A DNA stretch of 61,664 bases, filler included, from Asterionella formosa (GCA_002256025.1; 12 parts of 12 records of this genome joined end to end with filler, not necessarily neighbours in it); one strand, 5' to 3'. Positions 23,497 to 35,966 are shown, numbered from the whole stretch's first letter. The notes: generated by a model from the sequence alone, not told the origin. Numbers and translations are program-made.

Positions 23497-23880
23497 TAAA
23501 ATAGTTGAACAACCTTCAGAAAAATAGTGGAATGGCCTTCAGATAATTAGTTGAACAACCTTGTGATAATTAGTTGAATGAACTCCATAAAATTACGTAA
23601 ACAAATTTTACATATTAAGTGAACTTTATTCTAGAATTGTGTGAACGAAATTATAAGGCAATGTGAACTAAATTACAGAATTACGTGAAGTATTGCAAAT
23701 AATTACTTGATGTATTTCAAATAATTACGTGGTGATGACATAATATAGTGATGATCAGGAATGCATGCATGATACTTTGATCAAATATTTAAGGTGATGT
23801 ATTCAGATAATATATAGATATATTCAACTACGTATTTTGATGTTTTCAACTAATTCATGTGATGCATTCAAAATCAACTA
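23497..23880. repeat. Degenerate 22-23-bp tandem array with inverted core motifs on the right
   Basis: TAGTTGAA-cored units with a 23-bp period from ~23498. TTCAACTA/TCAACTA copies lie at ~23823-23880. Confidence 0.65.
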
Positions 23881-24805
23881 GGCTTATTTATGTGATGGTC
23901 ACTTCACGTAATACGCGGGTTAGATGTACGACTTGACCTTGTTGACTACGACTAGTAGAACTTGCAAATAAGAATAGATTTTCTGAATGACCATTATGCC
24001 TATGAATTATATACATGAACGAACACAACCACTACCCCCTGATTGCCTTGCCAATACTACATATAAGCATATATAATATCATACCTAGTTACTAAATACA
24101 TGGTCACAGTCATTATCACGCCAGATGCAAAAGCCTACCGGGGTACAACTACTACTGGTATGCTATTTTCAATATCATACATATATCACATATCACGTAC
24201 TATATACAATGGCTAAGTAGGATACCACCAGTATATATTTTCAGGGTACTGGCTGGGTACCCGAGGTAGCCCTTGCTTATAGAAGCTAGTGCGTAGTATA
24301 TAACTATTTAGCTTGTATGTTGCAATTTCTTTCTGTATATAAAACGCTAGAGTGTAGTTCTTGTGCGCAGCTGGAGAATCCTGCTGCATCATGCCGTCTC
24401 CGCCTCGACCATGTCGAAAATAACGAATTTCTCCATGGAAAATGATGAAAACGACGCTATGCTATCTGGTAAATATATCTAACACAACATAGACAATACA
24501 ATCGTAAAAAATAATTGTAATAACACTCATATTGAAAACGAAAATTGCAGTTGTTGATGGCACATTGCTTCATGTACCAGTAGTTTAGATGATGCACAAT
24601 TCAAGCGACAAAGTTACAAACAGACTTGACACTTTCACAGTATGCAGCACGCTACACAACGTTAATCTGTAGGTCGAACGAAATTTTTTTGATTCTCTAT
24701 TTAAGTAATGCATGTCGATTAATAAGTCCATTGACATTTTCAAAACGACTCTTTTGTTTAATGATTGCTGATCGAGTTGGCAACTAGCTATGGTGGAGTA
24801 CATGT

Positions 24806-24924
24806 GACTAGAAATCTGCTGACAATGACTAGAAATGGCTAACTACAACTAGAATTTGCTGACAGTGATGAGAATTTTCTGACTAGTACTAGAAACTCCT
24901 GACTACGACTAGAAATTGCTGATC
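24806..24924 (+). repeat. ~20-bp tandem repeat, 6 units (gactagaaattgctgactac consensus)
   Basis: Seen directly in the sequence. Confidence 0.85.
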
Positions 24925-25208
24925 AGTGAATTCCATTAGCAATGCTGTAAACCATCATCCAGTTGCTGAATATCATTACCAGTAGTAGTAGGTGAACATG
25001 ATTTCGATGATCTGAACACGACTTTGATTTAAATAATGATTATTTAACATCGAAGAAAGTTACTTAAGATAGTTTGGAATGAAAAGCCAGTCTATCTTGT
25101 CTGGCAGGCATGAGATGATCCATTGGGAGTGTGTCGACACTGAAAAGGCAGGTGCGCATGAAACGTGCTCGACGGGATCTTCCAGCACCGGTATACTGTT
25201 CCATATGA

Positions 25209-25308
25209 TACCTGCAAGTTGCGGAAATTTTGCTGAAGCTAAAGATTTAGCTATCTTTATTCCAGATTCGAATGTTAGTTTAAGCAAAATGACCGCAACT
25301 TGCTGGTA
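25209..25308 (+). mobile_element. ~100-bp MITE, copy A, TA-flanked
   Basis: TACCTGCAAGTTGCGGAAATTTTGCTGAA matches the reverse complement of the right end, TACCAGCAAGTTGCGGTCATTTTGCTTAA, at 25/29. Homologues at 41588 and 60143. Confidence 0.85.
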
Positions 25309-25570
25309 CCTGGTACCATGGTACTACCAACCGGTAGCTAAGATATTTGTATCCAGCTTACCGGTAGGTTTTCACACGAGCAGTACTGCAAATACTGTAC
25401 CAGGGTAGCAGGTACTTACCGGCATACCGGTACACACCAGTCGATATAAAAGGATATGGTATGCTGGCCATTTTGTTGACCCTTGGTTCTACGTCCGTGT
25501 TGCCACTGTAACAATCGAACTTCATTCCATTTCACATTCCCTGCTTAAAACAAAACACACTGAGAACAAC

Positions 25571-25670
25571 ATGGCGAGATTCTCCTTTTCTGCTGCTTTC
25601 TTTATGTTGACGGTGAACTACTGTCCATCTGCTGTTCACGCCGCGGACTCTACAAATAACACCAATCCAA
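25571..25670 (+). CDS. N-terminus of a secreted protein, truncated by contig end
   Basis: aacaacATG context. MARFSFSAAFFMLTVNYCPSAVHA-ADSTNN looks like a signal peptide. Confidence 0.5.
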
Positions 25671-25777
25671 NNNNNNNNNNNNNNNNNNNNNNNNNNNNNN
25701 NNNNNNNNNNNNNNTTAATTAATTAANNNNNNNNNNNNNNNNNNNNNNNNNNNNNNNNNNNNNNNNNNNNTAGCACC

Positions 25778-26824
25778 ATGATCGGTGGCATGTCAATAAT
25801 ACTCGTCCTATCATCGCTCCACCTGATGAATACCATTTCCATAACTGTCACTGCATCCTTTTGTAAAATAAATAATGCGAAGAGGCCGCAATCCGAAATA
25901 ACACGTTCCAATACAAACAGCAAAAACAACAACATCAACATCAACGACCCATTTATTCTTCCAATCTTTCCCCTTCGAAAGTCTGTCAAGCTTCCGACTG
26001 AAAGTATTACCTTGAATTTGTACGAAGATAGATATTTGGCTCTGTCTGAGTTTGTGCTGAAATCAGATGGAAGCAGCAGCAGTGACAATGGTCAAAGCAA
26101 AATGTTTGGAGGTCTGTATTGTTCGGACAAGGTACAAATTGTCAAAAATGGGGCGGGTCCGATTGTTCCAATTGTCGAACCAGGTGACGTTGGGGTTGTT
26201 TGTAAGGTGGTATATAGTGCTGAAGCTTTGATTCCAACTACTACTAATGACAATGATCGAAAAAGGAGAATCAAACTAGAAGGCTTTGCTGTTGGTCGCT
26301 TTCGAGTTGAACGGATCCTTCACAATGGATATGGGACATCCTTTGTAGAAGGAGAGGAGGCTCGTCCATTTATATTGGCAATTGTTGTTCGAGTGGATGA
26401 TACGTTGCCATTATGCCAAAAGGAGAGCCTGAAAATCAACAAACTGGAACAACAGCTTGTGGATAGAATCAAAGGTAGAGCTGACATTGCCTCGGATCGA
26501 GTTACTTGGAACTTTGACAATGCTGGTGATGAAGATGAAGTTATAAGGGCTTCACTGAGTCCACTTTTATTCTCTCCTGGAGTGTTTAACAACAACAAAA
26601 AGCAATCTGCCTACGACGAGGCAATTCTTTCATGGGAATGTGTAGAGTTGCAACTGGACGAGCACAGAAGGCAACAACTATTTAGCTTTGCCATGATATC
26701 ACTGGTTTCTTCCAACAAAGAGGCATCTGAACTGTTGAAGATCATACATTGCCAGTCCACTTATGAAAGGCTTCAGTATGTGGAAACATGTCTAAACAAA
26801 AGTAGATGGCTTTGGTGGAATTAA
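25778..26824 (+). CDS. LON protease N-terminal (substrate-binding, PUA-like) domain protein, possibly plastid-targeted
   Basis: LPIFPL...P.E.ITLNLYEDRYLAL, VGRFRVERIL and ST.ERL motifs. Hydrophobic N-terminus ending VTA-SF. No AAA or protease domain. Confidence 0.8.
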   Translation: MIGGMSIILVLSSLHLMNTISITVTASFCKINNAKRPQSEITRSNTNSKNNNININDPFILPIFPLRKSVKLPTESITLNLYEDRYLALSEFVLKSDGSSSSDNGQSKMFGGLYCSDKVQIVKNGAGPIVPIVEPGDVGVVCKVVYSAEALIPTTTNDNDRKRRIKLEGFAVGRFRVERILHNGYGTSFVEGEEARPFILAIVVRVDDTLPLCQKESLKINKLEQQLVDRIKGRADIASDRVTWNFDNAGDEDEVIRASLSPLLFSPGVFNNNKKQSAYDEAILSWECVELQLDEHRRQQLFSFAMISLVSSNKEASELLKIIHCQSTYERLQYVETCLNKSRWLWWN

Positions 26825-27220
26825 GTGGGGTTCCCTTGCCCCCTGCTAGAATTAATTCTTTTCTGAGAAAGTCGAAAAGTATGCAATAATTGGCATCCTT
26901 GATTATTATCATGGATTCCAAGATTTTGATGATGATCAGAGTCATGATACACATAAAGTCCATATCGCCTAAATCAAATATTTGCGTTCAGCCGCATGCT
27001 GCTACATGGGGCTTTTTTCTATATTTTCATTTTCTGCCATCCTCACTGGGATGGCTTATACCCATACTAATTTGAATTCCTATTACCATTGATGACATGG
27101 TTTCTCATCATCCTTTTCCAGTATCAGTCTTGGTGAAAAAGTAGAATGATTGTCGCTAATTTGCTTCCTATTTTAACAGTTGAGACTACATATATAGCAT
27201 CCAAAATAGGTAACCATCAA

Positions 27221-27606
27221 NNNNNNNNNNNNNNNNNNNNNNNNNNNNNNNNNNNNNNNNNNNNNNNNNNNNNNNNNNNNNNNNNNNNNNNNNNNNNNNN
27301 NNNNNNNNNNNNNNNNNNNNNNNNNNNNNNNNNNNNNNNNNNNNNNNNNNNNNNNNNNNNNNNNNNNNNNNNNNNNNNNNNNNNNNNNNNNNNNNNNNNN
27401 NNNNNNNNNNNNNNNNNNNNNNNNNNNNNNNNNNNNNNNNNNNNNNNNNNNNNNNNNNNNNNNNNNNNNNNNNNNNNNNNNNNNNNNNNNNNNNNNNNNN
27501 NNNNNNNNNNNNNNNNNNNNNNNNNNNNNNNNNNNNNNNNNNNNNNNNNNNNNNNNNNNNNNNNNNNNNNNNNNNNNNNNNNNNNNNNNNNNNNNNNNNN
27601 NNNNNN
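27221..27606. other. Genuine scaffold gap (386 N)
   Basis: It has no linker sequence and a different length from the linkers. Confidence 0.9.
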
Positions 27607-28363
27607 TGTGAAACTCTTCTGTAAAGTGAAAATAGATAAAGCCAAGCAACTCTAGATGTACAGAGAAACAATCACTCAATATTGGATTACAGCTTCTAGG
27701 GATCCAAATGAAAAAGACAAATCACACATTCATGACAAGATTCAAGAAATGGATAAAGTGAGAGGGTACTAGTATGTTAGAAGAGTGAGTAACAGATAAG
27801 AACAAATATATTGCCAATACCATCAGGAACTGAAATAGTGGTGTTGACTGCTAGTGACCTGAATGATGAGACAATAAGGCTGTAGAATTGAATAATGATG
27901 ATGGAAAAGCATCTGACAACAATAACAGGAATGCCTCAACAACAATGGCAATGGTGATGACATGGAGGAGGGGACGAATATAGCAGAGTTGGATGTCATA
28001 CAAGAAACACCAACAGCTATAAGGTGCACCTTGTATTTGGCGTTAAACCCAATATCGAAGTATCTTTTGATACTTGTTTTTGATCCAGAAATTTTGTCAT
28101 TTTAGAAAATACCTTGTATTGGACTAAATTTGAAATGCTTTTCCTTGCTGGTGTCGTTTTTGTTGGAGTCCCGGATTATAATCCTACCGGTGCCAGGTAC
28201 CAGGTATTACACAGCTTCTGGGCAACCTTGTTTTCGAAAATCATTTTTTCACCTTGTATTACCGGTCCTTGTTCGAATACAAGGTATTTTCGTTTCCTGT
28301 GGAAATCATAAGAATGCAACACCCTCCGTCTCTTCTCTTCAATTTTCTCTTTTGACCATCGTC

Positions 28364-30229
28364 ATGGTGGAATCGTCTTGTATCAGAGGCCATTCGTCCC
28401 TGTTTCTAGTAATTCTTCTCGCACAGGGACACCTCGTGACCCCCAAACATTTTTACACTGATTCATTCCCAACAAACGATGAATTCGACTATAAAATCTT
28501 GGACCCCAATAATATCTACGGATCCCCATATGGTGGCTTCAGTCGAGCGACTCGTTCTCGACTTGCGTCACTTCCGCTTCCGCTGCCAAGCTCTGACACG
28601 ACAGAGGTTCCACTCTATTTGCAAGTGAGCGATGGAGATGGTCGAAAGTATGCTTGCCGTGTGTATCACGAAGATGAGCTTGCGACCAGCAGTCTGACCG
28701 ACAGCATGTTTGATACAGTCAAGTTGAAAGGTTCTGAAGGCGACACGAACAGCTCCAACGATCCCCAGGATGGTGATAATGAAATAATGAATGAGTTGGA
28801 AGTCAATACTGGTGTCGTTGATGTAAACGATGGTCTCGTTCCAGGTGACGATACTGATACCACTGCTGCTACCTCAGGTTTGAAAGTGTCAGAATTGATG
28901 ACATCATCTGACAAATCTGAAAAAACAACCGATTCAAGTATCCCTGCGACTGTCCCGGAAGGAAAAGTCAGCGTGCAAACAATGACCTCGATCTTAACCA
29001 AATTGGCAGGAATATGCACTCTAATTCACAAGGGGTGGTGGTCGTACGAATGGTGCCATGGTGACAAAATCACTCAATTTCATGTCCACATGGACGAGTT
29101 CACCTTACTTTTCGGAAAAGGCCGTTTACGCGTCGAAGACTTTACTATGCTGGGGAATTTTAAGGGAAGGATGTTTGCTATCGTGTCTCAAGACAACAAG
29201 GGAGAAGCAGACACTGAGCCCCACCAAAAGGCTGGCGTCAAGGAGGACAACGACGACGAAGGAGTATTCAAAGATGAGTACGCGAGTGGAGAGGTTGAGA
29301 TTGGAAAAGTTACAGATTCCTTTGAAAACGGGGATATTTGTCCCCAGACAAACAGGCCCAGGAGAGCTTCGGTCCAGTATCGGTGCTGCTCAATAGAAAC
29401 CATGGATGCCTTTAAGAGCTTTGTATTGCACCGAGGTAAGCCGATCAGGTCGAACATCGCGGCAGTGATTGGCCTTGAGGAAACCGCTGTCTGTTACTAC
29501 ATGGTCACAGTATGCACCCCGCTTTTGTGCAAAGGCCTTGCTGATCAATACGAAAACGGGGTGTACAAAGCCAATGCAATTAAAATACCGTTGGAACATC
29601 CTTCACCGACGCGCCCACCAAGGAAGGAAAACGAATCTATACGGGAAACCCTAAATCGTACTCTCAGCAACGTGTGCCTTCAAAAGTCGTCAAATGATTG
29701 GTGGGCATACAAATTATGCCATGGCAAAACCATCCAACAGTACCATGAAGATAGTTTTCCTGATCCCAGCACCGGCCTCATATCAAAGGTGGTTGATTCA
29801 ACGAACATCTTGGGAGTTTATGACCTTGATGGATTTGAAGGCTTTTCTAATGATAAAGAGGTAGATTATGTCGTGAATGCTACTGATGACACTAGTTATC
29901 CAGATCTTGGATCGATGATGAGCAAAGGCAATGCGATCACTCAACGGGGAAATGGAGCCTATTTTAAGCAAGAGTATATCAGAGGTGATGCTTGTGAAGG
30001 AAAGGAAGCCAGTGAAGCCACCATCAAAGCTGGAAATGTTAGAGGCGTTTTGAAACGAGCAACAACAGTAAGATATTTTTGTGGGCCGAGATTCGAAGTG
30101 ATCGAAGTGAATGAGGACAGTACATGTCACTACATTATGGATGTGACCATTCCAGATCTTTGCCAACACCCCTTGTTCAAAGCTATGGTTTCAAAGAAGC
30201 AAGTGATGAAGTGCTTGCCAGTAAATTAA
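28364..30229 (+). CDS. ER lectin with two MRH (PRKCSH) domains, ERLEC1/XTP3-B / OS-9 family
   Basis: Signal peptide from ATG 28364. CTLIHKGWWSYEWCHGDKITQFH..GDIC..E.AVCYY and CLQKSSNDWWAYKLCHGKTIQQYH..GDAC..EDSTCHY..LCQHP. Confidence 0.88.
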   Translation: MVESSCIRGHSSLFLVILLAQGHLVTPKHFYTDSFPTNDEFDYKILDPNNIYGSPYGGFSRATRSRLASLPLPLPSSDTTEVPLYLQVSDGDGRKYACRVYHEDELATSSLTDSMFDTVKLKGSEGDTNSSNDPQDGDNEIMNELEVNTGVVDVNDGLVPGDDTDTTAATSGLKVSELMTSSDKSEKTTDSSIPATVPEGKVSVQTMTSILTKLAGICTLIHKGWWSYEWCHGDKITQFHVHMDEFTLLFGKGRLRVEDFTMLGNFKGRMFAIVSQDNKGEADTEPHQKAGVKEDNDDEGVFKDEYASGEVEIGKVTDSFENGDICPQTNRPRRASVQYRCCSIETMDAFKSFVLHRGKPIRSNIAAVIGLEETAVCYYMVTVCTPLLCKGLADQYENGVYKANAIKIPLEHPSPTRPPRKENESIRETLNRTLSNVCLQKSSNDWWAYKLCHGKTIQQYHEDSFPDPSTGLISKVVDSTNILGVYDLDGFEGFSNDKEVDYVVNATDDTSYPDLGSMMSKGNAITQRGNGAYFKQEYIRGDACEGKEASEATIKAGNVRGVLKRATTVRYFCGPRFEVIEVNEDSTCHYIMDVTIPDLCQHPLFKAMVSKKQVMKCLPVN

Positions 30230-30260
30230 AATTCCCCATTTGTCTTATGACATTCATCAA

Positions 30261-30477
30261 TAAACCATGCTGAAAGCATTGAAGCGTTCTCTTATTATAT
30301 CCCCAGATTTCTTGTCTCAATTGGAATTGTAGGACAGAAGGAGAATGACATATTGATGGCTCCACTACGTAAACCATGCTGAAAGCATTTAAGCGTTCTC
30401 TTATTATATCCCCAGATTTCTTGTCTCAATTGGAATTGTAGGAAAGAAGGAGAATGACATATTGATGGCTCCACTAC
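30261..30477 (+). repeat. 109-bp-period tandem duplication just 3' of the ER lectin gene
   Basis: Copies at 30261-30368 and 30370-30477, with 2 substitutions. Confidence 0.92.
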
Positions 30478-31809
30478 TTAAGATGGGGCATTTTATATTG
30501 ACTGGAGTTTTCTTGTTAAAATACCCATCAACAGCACCTCCAGCATGGGTATTTAGAACTGCCTGGTTTTGCTTCCATATGTCATTTTAATTATAATTTG
30601 AATATCTGACAGGTCATCATGTTGGTCACTGTATATCATGGTGATCATGTACAAAGATATCCATACATATTGACCTACTGGAGTTCAAGTGCATGTTCAG
30701 TGTCAAGATATGCACATGCATTCAATGTGATAAGAATATGGTGTCCATAGTGGAGTAATATACTTTAATATTATATTATATAGTAAATCGTTTTCTCTGT
30801 GTTTGGCGGCACATGCTTNNNNNNNNNNNNNNNNNNNNNNNNNNNNNNNNNNNNNNNNNNNNTTAATTAATTAANNNNNNNNNNNNNNNNNNNNNNNNNN
30901 NNNNNNNNNNNNNNNNNNCCGGCAAATTTTGTCCACATTAAAGGGTTCGTATCTCAGTACCTCGACCTTCAATGAGAATACCGACAGATCCACAATCTGC
31001 TGACTCCTTTGGTTAACAAGACCTGGAAGTTTGATTCTCGCAAGGCATGGAAAAGGTGTAGTCGAACTAATCAAACGAATAGGAGAACTCAGTGGGTCAC
31101 AGCAGTTCTTTACTGGTACTAACCTTTTGCAAATCACAACGTTGAAAATCGTGACGATTCACCATGTTCGTCAGATTTTCGTGAGGTCTGCATTGCTTGC
31201 CAAAAAGTATATTGACAAATCATAGACTACGCGCCAGCTTTTTGTTTTGTAGAATGTACACATGGCTAGTACAAAGCAAAGGTATAGGAGGAGGACCGTC
31301 CGCGCCAGGTTTCTTTTAATGGAAAACAGCTACTGGCTAGAACGTGGTGAAGGAACAAATTATAACTTTTGTGGTTAAATGCATTATGCATTGTGGTTAT
31401 TGTTATTGTTGTCGTTGTTGCTGTTGCTATCGCTGTTGTTTCTGCTGTTATCTTTTTGGATCTTATTGTTGGAAACAAGGACCTGGCTGGTGGTGCATCG
31501 TGGTTACTGTGCCTGTATGATGTCTACCCTTCTCGTACTTGTTCTTTGCCCTCCGTTTGAACTAAATATGCATTGTTTGTTAAGAAATGGAAAAAGGTCT
31601 TATGTGAGTTTAAACAGCTATGATCTTACTCTGTGAGTCATGTTCTTTGCTTCCAGAAAAGCAACGAGGACTCAGTTGCGGGCCAGTTCTGGAAGAAACA
31701 GACAGGCAATTGTTTTGTTATTCCTCGTCAGTATTACAGAAAGGATGCATCTGAAAGTTCGAGAAATATTTGGTAAGCAGTTAATATTTTGTAAAATGGA
31801 GACAGGTTG

Positions 31810-32010
31810 TGTGTTACATAGTGTCTCCTCTTCCTCGTAATCAAGACAGTTTCCCATCAGCGACTTCAAAAAAACTTTCTGGACAAATCCAAATGAATCC
31901 TGCCTGCTTTCCATTCAATTCGTAGTTCTCCAATCTCAATTCGTCAATAGATCCAAGCTCCCAAAGTACCTGCAACAGACCCTTTGGTTTATTTCCCCAT
32001 CCTTCATTGA
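31810..32010 (-). pseudogene. Fragment of the same IS630/Tc1-like DDE transposase family
   Basis: LKSLMGNCLDYEEEETL, preceded by a degenerate KG.LQVLWE.G.ID segment. Confidence 0.55.
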
Positions 32011-33129
32011 CTTTTGCTTAAGTCTCTTCAATTGGTAAGTTGTGTTCTTGCGCCTTTGATTGAATGGAATGCATTTCTCTTCCCATTCAGAAAAATTACC
32101 ATATGTAGGAAGCTTAGGAACCGCTGATACTGTCTTTCCTGTACTTTGCCTACTTTTGACCTTTGTTTGATACTTATGTCGAAATACCATCACCTTGTTG
32201 CCTGTGGAAATTGTGACCTCCTTTGACTCCAAAGATTGATTTGGAAAAACCTTATTGAGATACCTTATCAATCAATTAGTATTAAATTGCATGTTATCGC
32301 CAAAAGAGTAATTTTTGTGAAGATATTCCCTGAATTGATCGACCGGCAACCAAACACCATGAATTGCAGGGTCACTGATGGCGGCCATAACAGATATTGC
32401 TATAACTTTTGAATATCATGTGAAAAGTGATTCCCCAAAAGCAGTTCACTCATGACTATACAAACAAATATAAAAGCCTTTGGGGAATCACCTTTGCACA
32501 GGAAACGGCGGCAATATTGAGCAACATGGTGAGCCGATCGAAGCAAACAAATTGGCGTGATATTCCTTCCTACGGTAGGGATAAGGATAATAGTTGTACC
32601 AGCGCTACGTGGGCGACTATAATTATTGCATTGATGCAACCAGCCAAAGAGTACCCCGGTAATATGCCTTTGGGGGTAGAGTAATATTAAAGCTACATAC
32701 AGCCAGCTCAAATTCAATATAACGGGAAAAAAGATCATGACTACTATTCATGTACAGTAAGCATACCACTGGTTCTTCTGATATATATTGCTGTTTTGGC
32801 GTGGAGCAAAATTATGCCTACATTCAGCAACGTAGATATAGTATAAATGTTTAAACATCATTTTTTTTGTTTAAAATGGAACTCTATCTATCTGGTGCAG
32901 ACTCCTATTTAATTCAAATATTCAAATGGATACTCAAATCATGTGAATTCATAGCAGCAAGCTCCCTGTTCCATGCCGTTTTTACAACCTTAGCGATGTT
33001 TTCTCCAAACTAGGGTTAAGCCAAGGGCTGCAACCTTGAGCAAAATGACCACAACTTGCAAGAGGTACCTCCTGCATCCACACGTTGATATACTGGGTAA
33101 TACATCAAATGGTAAATACAAAGGAGCAT

Positions 33130-33831
33130 CATTGGAAACACTGCAGCTTTGGTGTCATTACCATATGTTTCAGATTTAAAATATAGGGGGGAGGAAGAGA
33201 ATTGTGCAAGTAACAAGGGAAGACCACATAAGAACCTTCCCACAAACATGTCTCCACCTTGCTCATACTGGACATAAATGTCCTTGACTCTGCCCATTGA
33301 CCACCCACCCACCATGTACACTGATAGAACCTGATGAAGTTCCCCCCTAGGCAGGCACTAATATATGTAGCAGCCCCCTTCCTTATAATCTGCACGCTGA
33401 TATTGTTTGATTCAATATCTTATTCAAATAGCTGTCCTTCCTTGGCTTTTACTTTAAAATACATGAAAATCTCTTAAATTGATTGTGAACAGGGGATGAG
33501 CAACTATTTATTTTAGCAATGTTAAAAAATCTTCCCAAGTATTCACCAAAAGAAAATATAGGACACACTACCCAGTCAATTGGATTTGCATAAAATTTCT
33601 GGGATATTTGATTGAGTCACTTTCTGATCTGTCTTGGTGTTTACAAAGTACGTACGCAGAAAAAGCATCATCAGCCCACTCCATATCTGACAAGCAGATT
33701 TGGCTTGTGGTATTGACCCTGCACATCAAATTCCAAGTGAAGAGCAGGAAAAGGTGACCCCAAATGCCATCATTAGTGCCTAACTCAATGAACCCAGTAG
33801 GGGAATGGCTTAATTGGTTAGCACATCTCAT
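33130..33831 (-). pseudogene. Crypton-like tyrosine recombinase relic
   Basis: GHLFLLFTWNLMCR, KYPR, IRKGAATY and GGWSMGRVKDIYVQYEQGGDMFVGRFLCGLP appear in the order of the tyrosine recombinase R..HxxR..W..Y motifs. Many frameshifts. Confidence 0.75.
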
Positions 33832-35265
33832 GAGGTGGCGGGTTTGATTCCTGCATTCTCAACCTGTCTTTCTTTGATGTAGTCCCTTATGGGTTCTGTC
33901 AGATCCTTGTTCACACTGTCTGTGCCATAAAGTTTTTTGAGAGTGGTACATACTTCTGCATAGTCCTCTTTTTGGCATCTAATAGTTGTTGTATGTGCAG
34001 ATGCTAGAGATTCCCATGAACCATGTATCTTTGACCAGCTTGCTTGAATTGGTATGACTTTGCCCCCTAAGTGAGGCACCATTTTAGATGTTTTATGACC
34101 TGCCAGAGTGCTTTGATTTTATACAATGCTCCTGCCATGACCACTGGATAGGTGCCAAAGGTTGCAACTGACAGTTTCAGGACTGAATGTAATTCAAGCA
34201 ATTTCTGAATCTTTGCATGGCTGAGTAGGTTCAATGATTCTATCTTTTCAAAGCTTAGAATACTGTGGAAAGCAACCTTTGTCATGATTCTTTTAGGTAT
34301 GTACTTTCGGATTGCTTTTGTCACTTATGCACTGGGAATACATCCATTTGTCTTAGTTATTGCCGGCAGTTAGAAATCAAGTTTTGGTGCAATGATTTTG
34401 ACTCCAAGTCCCAGTTTAAGGATTGCTTTGATGGCAGCCCAGACAACAGTCATGATAGATACATTGCTTGATGTGTAAGGTATGTCTTCTGGATTCATCT
34501 GTATTTGATTTTTCTTTGTTACCCCTCTTCAGAGTTCTGGAGGAAAAAACCGGGTGATCCCTTGTCTTCCCAGTCGTCTGCATTCATCAGGGATGCTTGG
34601 GCTATCCATGGGGTCCTTTCCCCTGTGGTGTTCTCTGTCAGTCCTGTTGCCTCTAGGTCAACAATGTGATAGCTATTAGCGTTTCTTTCAAATACCATTT
34701 TGGAGATGGTTTCTGTAAGGTCAACGAAGTCTGGAAGTTTCTTCTACTATCCCTTTTTGTTCTTTGTGGCTTAGTTGAGAGGGAGTTCTTCAGAGTGTAC
34801 GGATTTTTATGTTCCGGTTTGATGTAGCCTTGGTCAAAATTTGTTTGCGCATAGGATTCAGTGGAATGAGATTCTGCATCGTTTGAGCCCCTTGCCATCA
34901 TTATTTTTATACCCTACTTGTTGTCGTTTTCTGTTGTTCCCGCTACCATTGTTCATGTGGGGTCGTCGCTTCGTGTACAATCTCATCGCGGATCAGTAGT
35001 CTGCTGTCAATGAACTCCTGTGTATTCTGCATCGGTTGCATCACCATCCTTTTTTTGTTCCCAAAATATGTTGCTGATTGCTGCTTTTCACTCCGCCAGT
35101 GTCCATGCAAGAGAGTCGCTTTGTGTGCAGTTGCTGGTGTGGAAGATTCGATGAGATATCCTTGTCGTGTTTGTGTTTTGCGTTGTGCCCATTAAGCACT
35201 CTACGAATACAGGCTTGTCGGCGCTAGAAATTATGACTTTAGTATGTTATTAAACTATGAAGAAG

Positions 35266-35966
35266 CTATGGTGCCCTGAATGGATGGTTGCAGCGAAAAT
35301 ATCCATTTGTGCAAACACAAGCCTTTATTGCGGTTTTTCCACGTTTGGTTACGTTGTAGTAGCATGTGAGGTTTGTGAGGTCAGCGGTACATGAAATATT
35401 TTTGCGCCGCCTTGGGCGTTGAGGGGGACAAGAAGCTGCCTGTGTCAGTGGGGAAGGGACAATTGAAAAAGGTGATGGTATAAGGCTAATAGGTGATGGT
35501 GTAACAATCATAGCGGGAATTGGTGCAGGTGTGATTGAAACAATAGGAAACTGGGTTGGGGTTAAAGCCGGTACCGGTGAGGGAACTGCGACAATAAGGG
35601 TCGGTGCAGGGATTAAAGAAACAAGACGAGTAGGAGCCAGAGTGAAAGAATCAACAGGGCTCAATACAGGTCCATTCACAGGATTCAATGATGATGAAAT
35701 TGGTGGAGAAACACCAAGCGGTGACGGGGTCGCAATTACTGTGAGAGTCGGCGCTGTCGTAGAGGCCACCGCATCACTCGGTGCTAGGGTTGAGAGAACA
35801 GCAGGGTTCGGTGCTGGAGTCAAGGCGACAGGAACGTCAGGTGCTAGTGTTGCAATCTCAACGGGAAGTTGTGTTGGGGTTGGTGTTGGTGCTGAGGTTG
35901 AGGTTGTTGTTGATGTTGAGGGAATAGCAGGGACTGGTGTTGGTGTCGGGGTTAAGGCAACAACAA
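35266..35966 (-). CDS. Pro/Thr-rich mucin-like protein with a C-terminal 6-Cys module; 5'-truncated
   Basis: The frame is open back to the contig edge. TPAP/TPSP repeats, then CPPQRP..C..CYY..CVCTNGYFRC. Confidence 0.75.

Noticed and set aside
27146..27679. ORFs spanning N runs
   Set aside because: They are open only because of Ns.
28130..28363. N-terminal extension of the ER lectin from TTG
   Set aside because: It is a non-ATG start, and ATG 28364 gives a proper signal peptide.
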